A DNA stretch of 64,000 nucleotides from the human T2T-CHM13v2.0 reference genome, Homo sapiens. Both the position numbers and the translations under genes were made by a program. Shown here piece after piece: positions 49,031 through 64,000 of the stretch; the stretch's first letter is position 1, and every line of letters starts with the position of its first letter. The stretch is taken from the NCBI RefSeq assembly GCF_009914755.1, contig NC_060932.1. The stretch is one strand, 5' to 3'. A model generated the notes under the pieces. That model did no database searches, was not told the DNA's origin, and saw only the letters and a program-made list of their open reading frames with translations.

Positions 49031-49189
49031 TCCTTAAAATGCAGATACACTTCTGCTTAAGAACCACTGAATAGATAAGTGTAATATGTAAATTCTCATA
49101 TCTCAGAAACTTAAGACATCTCTAGAAGAGTTGGAGTTGGATATGCGCAAATTCCTTTAAATCTTTCCTTTCCAATAATATTAGTTTGA

Positions 49190-49217
49190 CTTTCTCTTTC
49201 TTTCTTTCTTTCTTTCT

Positions 49218-49282
<65 letters not shown>

Positions 49283-49344
49283 TTTCTTCTTTCTTTCTTC
49301 TTTCTTTCTTTCTTTTTTTCTTTCTCTCTCTCTTTCTCTTTCTC

Positions 49345-49411
<67 letters not shown>

Positions 49412-49663
49412 GACTGGGTCTCACATTGTTTCCCAGGCTGGAGCACAGTGGTGCAATCACAGCTCACTGCAGGCTTGACCTCCCCAAGTACAGGTGGTCC
49501 TCCCACCTCCAGTTTGTATTTTATTTATTTATTTATTTTTTTAGTAGAGATGGGTTTTTTGCCATGTTTCCCAGGCTGGTCTTGAATTCCTGTGGTCAAG
49601 CGATTCAGCTGCCTCAGTGTCCCAAAATGCTAGGATTACAGTTGTGAGCCACCATGCCTAGCC
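49190..49663 (-). mobile_element. AluJ whose tail expanded into a compound (TTTC)n microsatellite of about 220 bp (49190-49410)
   Basis: TSD tagt(t/c)tgactttct. Confidence 0.9.
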
Positions 49664-50616
49664 TAGTCTGACTTTCTTCTCTGTGGTTGGGACATTAAAA
49701 TGAATATTATTGGCAGTATCTATCAGCTTACAGAATAATACCTTTTCCTTCCTACCATCAGTTATTCACTGCCATTCAGAAGGTCTTTAGAAATTTGCAG
49801 TGAGTATTCTTTCAATAAGTAGAGGCTGGCCCTCTCAGGATTTTGTGTCTCTTTGTTATTCAAGTGCTTAAGTCAGTAAGTCATTACTAAGAGCAGAGTT
49901 TTCTCAATTAAAATTGTAGCAAATTCCAAACCATTTTTGTCAATTAAAGCCATATTATGGACTATCCAGTATGTCTCTTAAGTTTGTAGAACTTTGGCAT
50001 AATCAGGATGGTAGTATTAAACACTAAAAACCATGCAGTTATTAAGAATACACATGGGAATTCTGTTAATTTAGTTTCAGCAGTCCTATGAACTGATTAT
50101 TTAGTTAACAATCAGGAAAATTAAATATAAATAGATTTCAAATGAATAAATATGGGAAAAATTCTTGAAATGGGCAGTATGAGCCTTAATAGCAATTTTT
50201 TACTGCACATTGGAGCTTGATTTTTTGGGTAAAACATCTGAAACTGAAGAAATATTTTACATGCAAATTCTTGCTTTATACACAACAATTTGTCACAGGG
50301 TTTGAGGATATAGAGATAAAAGATACAGACCCTGCCCTCAAGAAGATTTTTGTTTAGATAGGAAAAATTATTATCATCCAATAATACCATGTCACAAATG
50401 CTGGGATAGAGTCAAAGATTCTTGAAACCAGTAAATGTTTAAAGTGAGTTTTCAAGATGACCAGGGTTAATGTGGTGAGGCAGAGGAGGGGTGTTTCCAA
50501 GGGAAGAGCAGTGTGTGGGAAAGCACGGAAGAGTGAGAAGGAAACAACTACATTTTATTTACTTTCTATGAGTATAAGTCCATAGGATCTTTATATAAAG
50601 TTTCCAATTCAGTTGA

Positions 50617-50793
<177 letters not shown>

Positions 50794-52080
50794 TAATCTC
50801 TGTGTTGTTCTAGATTGATAGCAGTCACTCAAGTCATAAATATTAAATTAATAATACTAACTTATACTTATTGGGACATAGTTATCAGTAGCAACACAAA
50901 TCAGTTAAGTAGAAAAAAACAGTTATTTAGACTGGGCAACATAAAGAACAGTTTTAGTAGGACTCATTTTATTATTTTGACTGATGTTATTTGTTATGTG
51001 ATGTTATTGGTTGTATGTTCTTATGTTAGCTAAAGGGATTTCATATTAGTTTTAGAAAGTGTGAACTTTAACTTTCAGTTATGACTCAGTCTTGAACTTC
51101 TTAACCCTTTCTAGTAGTTTTTAACCTCTGCTTCTTATATGGTTTTCCACTAAATATGCTATATTAAACATAAATAGGAGTTGCAAATCATTTTGTCTTT
51201 TGAATAACTCTGCTTTAAGTTGCTTTCTTTAAAGAATATTAATGTTAGCTTATCCCTACTTGACAATCAATTGCTATTCCCACATACTGTGGGTTCATCA
51301 GATTTTTCCCTTTTTATTTCCAGTGTATTTTGATGTTTTTATTTTTAATTAGTATGGAGAGAGGGAGCGAAGATAGTCTTAAGTGGATACACTTTTCCTT
51401 TCATGAAGGCAAGCCATAGGTGGGTGATAAAGAGAAAAGAGCTAGGCTTTAGAGTCACACAAGACTGGGTTTAATTCCTAGCTTTCTTACTTGCTAGGTG
51501 TGTGACATTGTGAATGTTATTTACCACCAAATATGTTGTCATGTATGAAAAGGAGGAGAATATATCCTTCAAAGTTAGCTGTGCATAGTAAGAAAGATAT
51601 ATATATATATATATATCTTTATATATATCTTTTTATAGCATTTAATTCAGGGCCTAGCACATGCTTATTGGTATTCATTAACTGAAACCACTATGACCAC
51701 TATTCTTACCATTTGTTATTACTGCTTTCAGCATGCAGATAGCTCTTATTTATCTGATCCCTAGCTGATTTTCTATTACAGTGTATCAGTCTAGGGACCT
51801 GGGAAGAAAACTTCACTTAAATCTTTGTCTACTTCAGATAAGCAGCCCTAGCATAGTTTCTTGCCCATCAAAGGCCTTTAAATTAGTAGCTGCTACTATG
51901 CAATACCCCACTGAGATAAGAGGTTTCCTTTTTGTCCCTTCCTTTTAACCTTGATGGTACTTTATAAAGATGAACCCTTGAGCACCCAAGATGCTTATGT
52001 CTTTTAGTACATGTAAATGTTTAATTCTGCATGGACGGGCAAGATATTAAATTGGCAAAGTATATTGAATTAGCTTTTAA

Positions 52081-52266
<186 letters not shown>

Positions 52267-53530
52267 TAAGTGTTTACATTAAAAGTCTAGTTAAAACTAC
52301 ATTGAGGTTTAAAATAATTATAATGATTGCATCTTATATATCAGGTGAGATGTGATAGATTGATTCAGGTAGTTTTAGAGTGGCTATGATTTAGTCCACT
52401 GCATCAGCTAGAAATGAAACAAAAAACTAGACTAGTTAGAAGTACCAATGGGTGCAGGATTCTTTATCTCGGGACTTTTAAGACCTTTATCCTTAGAGAT
52501 TCCAACATTGTTCATTTCATTCCATGTATAACACCTATGCATGGGATAAAAAATAGTGCCATATCTTTAATTTTTCTAGTTAGTTATTTGGGTCTTGAAA
52601 TGTTCAGTTTAGGAGAAAGTCTTGTACTGTCTTCTGGGGACTGTCTCCTATATACTCCCTGAATTTTTTGAGAACCAAAGGGATTCACTAAGTCCAAGGA
52701 AGACAGTCCTTTTTTTCAAGTCATAAGGAGGAGAAAAAAAGGACATTTTAATCATTCTTTTGTTTCTGTTGATTCTGTTGCTGCATCGTTGCCACTGAAA
52801 CTGGTCCTGCTGCCTGGTAATGGTTGGCCTTTGACATCAAGATGCGCTTACTGATTCAAATCCCTCAAGTCTTCATGGTGATCCATACATGGACTTCAAA
52901 GTTATAAAATTTTTTACATTCACATACCTATGCCTATGTGTTCAGCCATTGTTCCCAAAGCACCAGCACCCTGCTCTGGCAGCTTAGCATCCTGGCTTTA
53001 TCCACACACAAAGTGAGCAAATTGACCCTTCCACCCACATTCAAAACCTGATGTGGAACCCACATGTTATCCTACACTTAACTGAGACTGTCATGGTAAG
53101 AGATCCTTTGAGTCCCATGTTGGTCTTTTCTCTAGCAGATATTAGCTGGGCTTGTTCTAAACTGTCAGAGAGGTTCAAATAATGTGGCAGAAAGAGGTCA
53201 GTGTTTGTTTATTCTTCTTTGCTACCATATCTGTACCCTGAGGCACATTTATATTGTGTATAGTACCTTAGGCAGTAGAAAGTCCCATATTAACCTTCCC
53301 CAGAGCAGTGAGCACCCAGTTATAGTTGACCCCTTGAATGATCCATTTTCCATAATAATGAGAATCTCCCAAGCTACTTGCATCTCTTCCTCAAGATTTA
53401 AAAATATTTTCAAATTCTACCTCACTGGAAGATATTGAAGAGATTTCTCAGGATCTCAAGTAGGTTAGTTGGACTTAGAGCCAAACCTTGTCAATGACTC
53501 ATCACTGTCCATGTGTAAAAGTAGAGCTTT

Positions 53531-53636
53531 GTGCTTGCTTAGGCAGCACATATCCTAAAATTGGAACAATACAAAGAAAATTAGCATGGTGCCTGCATAA
53601 GGAGGCTGAACCAATTTTTGAAGGATTCCAAGTTTT
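53531..53636 (+). pseudogene. U6 snRNA pseudogene, the 5' part of a chimeric retrocopy extending to 53900
   Basis: gtgcttgcttaggcagcacatatcctaaaattggaacaatacaaagaaaattagcatgg...ttccaagtttt is a full-length diverged U6. Confidence 0.92.
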
Positions 53637-54853
53637 GTGCAGTCACTGGAAGGTCATTTGACTATTTTCTGACTAGCTCCAAGGAAATGGTGTGAATCAA
53701 AGCAAAATGGGTGCCACCTAAATATTGAAATTGTGATTTTTTGCTACAAAAATATTCATGTAAGGTGGTCTAAGAGATGACCCCAGAGCTGAATAATGTG
53801 TGGGGTGTTGTGTGAAAAATATATTGCCAGCATGTGACTTGAAAATTCAAGAAGGTCAACTTACAACTTCTTCATGGAACCTAAAAAAAAAAAAAAAAAA
53901 GTAGGGTTTTAGTCTCCCATGTCAGCTGGAGATGAGCAGGGAGATGAAGCATCATCCTAACAAACATCTGCTGGTTTAGAGTTTGAGTCTGTAGAGAAGG
54001 ATCATTGGTCCAAGCCAGGTGTTGACATCCAGTGGATTTTCTGCCCTTGTTGTGATTGGTAAACTCCGTAATAGTGGGCAATCATGTTTTCTACTTTAAT
54101 GAGATATTTATGAATAAATTTAGTTACAAACTATGAAATAGTTGAGATTCCTTGAATTATAAGCCATAAAGAGTAGGACAACTAATAAGGAAAATTAGGA
54201 CTTAACATTTCCTGAAAATTACAACATTTGCATATTAGGGCCTATGAACAAAATATACATTGGGTTTTATTTGGGATTCTGAGATAATTTCAGTATAAAG
54301 TTTAGGAATAGATTATTTCATTGCTTTACTATTTTTCTGAGCATTTAGAAAATGTTATATTGTTAAGTCTTTGTAACAACCTAGTGAAATAACAACCTAG
54401 TGAAATAAGGCAGCAAAGTCCCCACTTTGTAGAAATAACAACCTAGTGAAATAAAGCAGCAAAGTCCTCACTTTGTAGAAGAAGACATTGAGCCTAAGAG
54501 AAGTAACTTGTCCAAGAACAAGTTGAGCACTTAGGCATAGGTATGGATCAGCTGTTCATTATGGAGCTAGGCCTTATGCAGAGTTGGGACACTTTCTATT
54601 GTGTCAAGCTAATGCAAGTTAGTTTATTGAGTCATAATGCCCTTGATTTATGAGTATTTCACCTTACTTTTTTCTTCTTTAATTAGAAGCTTAATGAGAG
54701 GTTTGTAGAATGTACACAGAACTGTATGGGATAATATTGTTAAGTTCTGATATTCTGATACTGTTTGAAATACTCAAAGAATTTTTGCATTTGGTAAGCA
54801 TTTTTATATCAGTATTAAAATAGTAATTTTATTTATTACATTTTTATACATAG

Positions 54854-54924
54854 AATTTGCCAATTACTTTCTGACTACAAAGAAAACCAGATGCCAAACA
54901 ACTCTTCTGGAAATAGCAATCCAG
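54854..54924 (+). CDS. POTEA: POTEA exon 6
   Basis: atag|IICQLLSDYKENQMPNNSSGNSNP(E)|gtaaga; ends in phase 1. The gene continues beyond the window. Confidence 0.93.
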
Positions 54925-54956
54925 GTAAGACTTCTGATAGTGAATTACTTTAGGTC

Positions 54957-55493
54957 AGTTGTCCCCAACCTTTTCGCCTTCTTGGCAGCAGGGACCAGTT
55001 TTGTGGAAGACAATTTTTGCATGGACTAGGTGAAGGTGTGGATGGTTTCAGAATTATTCAAGCACATTACATTTATTATGCTACTTTATTTATATTATTA
55101 TTACCTTATAATATATAATGAAATAATTATACAACTTACCATAATGTAGAATCAGTGGAAACTCTGAGCTTGTTTTCCTGCAACTAGATGTCCCATCTGG
55201 GGGCAAAGGGAGACAGTGACAGATCATCAGGCATTACATTCTGATAAGAAGCACACAACCTAGATCCCTCACATGGGCAGTTCACAACAGGGTTCATGCT
55301 CCAATGAGTATCTAATGCAACCACTGATCTGACAGGAGGTGGAGAGCAGGCAGTAATATGAGTCATGGGGTGTGGCTGTAAATAGAGATGAAGCTTCCCT
55401 GGCTTGCTTGCTTCTCACCTTCTACTCTGTGGCATGGTTCCTAACAAGCCATGGACTGGTACCAGTCCATGGCCTGGGAGTTGTGGATGCTTG
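54957..55493. mobile_element. MER1A (hAT-Charlie) DNA transposon
   Basis: Matches the MER1 pattern gtccccaacctttt...gtggaagacaattttt...cagatcatcaggcatta...ctgatctgacaggagg. Confidence 0.8.
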
Positions 55494-57442
55494 ATCTGGG
55501 TGGTCCTATCACAGATAAAAAGGTAAAAGTAAGGAAGTTTTGATCACAAAAGAAGAGCGAAGCACAGGTTATGTTTCATATGCTTGTACCAACAAAGTCT
55601 CACTATTACTGACTTCATTCCTCCTAATTTGAAATTGAAAGAGATAGATTTACTTTGTTGGAACAAGATGTATTCTTCTACCTGCTGGTTAATTGTCATG
55701 ATAAACAGTAATTTTGTTAGAACAAGATGCTTTGCTGCCAGTCGCCAAAAGATTGTCATAATAAATACACAAATTGCCCAATTCTAGGCTCAGCAGATTA
55801 TAATAAAAGTACAAAAATGTTTCACAGTAAGAAAAATGCTAGTATGCTACCTGGATGTGGACACCTAACGCATCGTACAATCCAGACTCTATAAGGACAT
55901 CTTTAATTTAGCCCTATGTTTATCAAAGAGCTTCTGTAAGTTAGATTGTGTACATTGCAAGAGACAAAGATGGAATAGATGTAGTTCTGATCTTTAAGGT
56001 GCTCATAATAGAATACAGCTGCCTCTATTTCATTTCTCTGCCTTTTCAACAGAATTTACAAAGAAAATATTTTTATGTTTTCACTTGTCCACTTAACAAA
56101 TAACTATAAAATGTCTTTTAGGTACTAAGCATTTTTCTAATGCTAGAGAACAGAAACAATTAAAAATACAGACAGGAGTTTGTCATTATCATTGTCATTT
56201 TTATTATGTTCCTACCTTATTCAGTGCTTACTGTGTGCTAGATGCCCACTGGAAGTTTATAATTATGATTTATTGTATATTATATTGATTATGTGCCAGA
56301 CATACATGATGAGGAATGAAAGCTTTAAAAAAAAGTAGGTAGGATTTAAGGTAAGCATGCAGAGTGAGTAGAATTTTTCTACGTAAAGAAGTAGAAGAAT
56401 GATGTTTGGCAGAAGGAACATGTAATGAGATTGCCTGTTGGGAGGAAGAGCAGCAAGTGCAAAAGACAAGATGCTTAAGCGAACTTTGTAGGGTTTATGA
56501 GCAGTTCACTTTTGCTAGTACAACTAGTGTGAGATAAGAGAGGTTGGGAATGAGGTGAATATTTAGCTAAGGCAAGTTTATGATAGACTTTTTAATACTG
56601 TTGAAATGAGTAGGTCTTATTCTGGGGACCACGGGAAATTTACCTTCGATATCTTCCAGTGAGGTATTTGCTTTGGACTGCAAATACTAGATGAGCAGTG
56701 GCTAAAACAGTAGGAACCAGAGTTGTTTTGGTTGTTCAGTGATATACTAGGTTCCCCTTGTCCCTCTTTCAGCTGTGCTTCATGTCTCCTTTCATGGTTG
56801 GCTAATCCACAACAGTTCCAAACATCTTGTTCTCACAACACAACATCACAAGGGCTGCTTTTCTTCACACATGTCTTTTAAATAGGGAGAAACCTTAGAA
56901 GCATGCAGTGGACTTCCTGTAACATATTATTGGCTAGGTCACAACATATGCTTATCCCTAAACCAGGCACTGGAAGAGCAAATGTAAGTATGTGATTAGC
57001 TTAGAATAATCATTTCTCTTTCTGAAGCTGAGGAGGGGGATTGGAATACTGTCTCAGAAGACTTGTGTTTCTTCTGCAAGAAAGAATAAGGAATAAGAAA
57101 GAATAAGGGAGCCAGCAATGTTTGCTGCAGGGACTCATTGGAGAAATTTGAGCAGGGGAGTCACAAGATTAAATTAGAGTATTAAGGCCTTTTGGTAATG
57201 TTGTAAAACAGGGGTTGGCAAGCTTTTTCTGTAAATGACCAGGTGGGGAATGTTTTAGACTATGTGGTCTCTGTCATATCTACTTAACCCTGCTGTTGTG
57301 TGAGAGCAACTATGGATAATATGTAAGCAAATAGGAATGAGTGAGCTCCAATAAAATGTTATTTTTTTTTTCACTTTTGGCATTTTTAATAGGATTTTTA
57401 GGCATAACATCTTACATAACCACACAGAAACTGTTTCTAGTC

Positions 57443-63440
<5,998 letters not shown>

Positions 63441-64000
63441 CAATAAAATGTTATTTAGAAAACCATAAGGGAGACTGGATTTGGCCTGTGGCCTATAGTT
63501 TTCTGACCCCTCATAGAGGATTGATGGAAGGTAACCATGTAAAGAAACCAGGAGACAAAGGAAGATTTGCTGTAGTCAGCTACAGTTTCCTTGTCACATG
63601 TCCTTGGACTAGTATCAATTTATTATAAGGTTTTCACCCATCCATCGTGAAATAAATAAAGTTAGGAATCTCAGTTATTCATTTTAAAATGTTGGCCTTT
63701 TTTTGGTGTTATGCCTTTTTCATTTGTTTTGTTTTAATTTTTTTTCATGTAAGAAATAACATTAACAGCTGGGTTTTTTAAAAAAATAAAAGCCACTTTG
63801 TAAATGTTTATGTTCCCAGTGGCAGTGGGAATATAAAATGGAAGCAGAAGAGAGGTATAGTCAATATGATTTAGTGACTGTTGAATGAGAAAATTTAGGG
63901 GACAGAGAGAAATCTCAGATGATTCACAGGTTTCCAGGTTGTACAGTATTATTTAACCTGAACATGAGGAAGGAGTAGGAAATTTTCTGGTGAATACAGA

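Noticed and set aside
49111-49506. KKER-repeat ORFs
   Set aside because: They are translations of the (TTTC)n microsatellite.
57372-57442. L1PA3 at 10.8 kb as the source of the L1PA2 transduction
   Set aside because: The transduced 70 bp does not match the MST sequence flanking that L1.

Overview
Primate, very probably human, pericentromeric DNA. By recognition it is the 8p11.1 POTEA locus; no search was run. The only intact coding gene is POTEA (+), exons 1-6, with an open frame that continues past the window. The window also holds decayed ANKRD26/CCDC144-family exons (1.9-4.3 kb) and a tailless tRNA-Arg retrocopy. An MSTA LTR element carries two nested insertions: a full-length L1PA3 and a 5-kb semi-processed AFG3L2 retrocopy. 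Further along are a CpG-rich RABL6 retrocopy, a U6 chimeric retrocopy, and a full-length L1PA2 with a 3' transduction and an intact ORF0. The most striking signal is in the retained intron of the AFG3L2 retrocopy. Two inverted Alus there carry about 27 A>G changes on the transcript strand against 2-3 in the opposite direction, in ADAR-like contexts. This looks like an A-to-I hyper-edited, intronically polyadenylated RNA that was reverse-transcribed and fixed in the genome. All comparisons to consensus or parent sequences were made by eye from memory and need computational confirmation.
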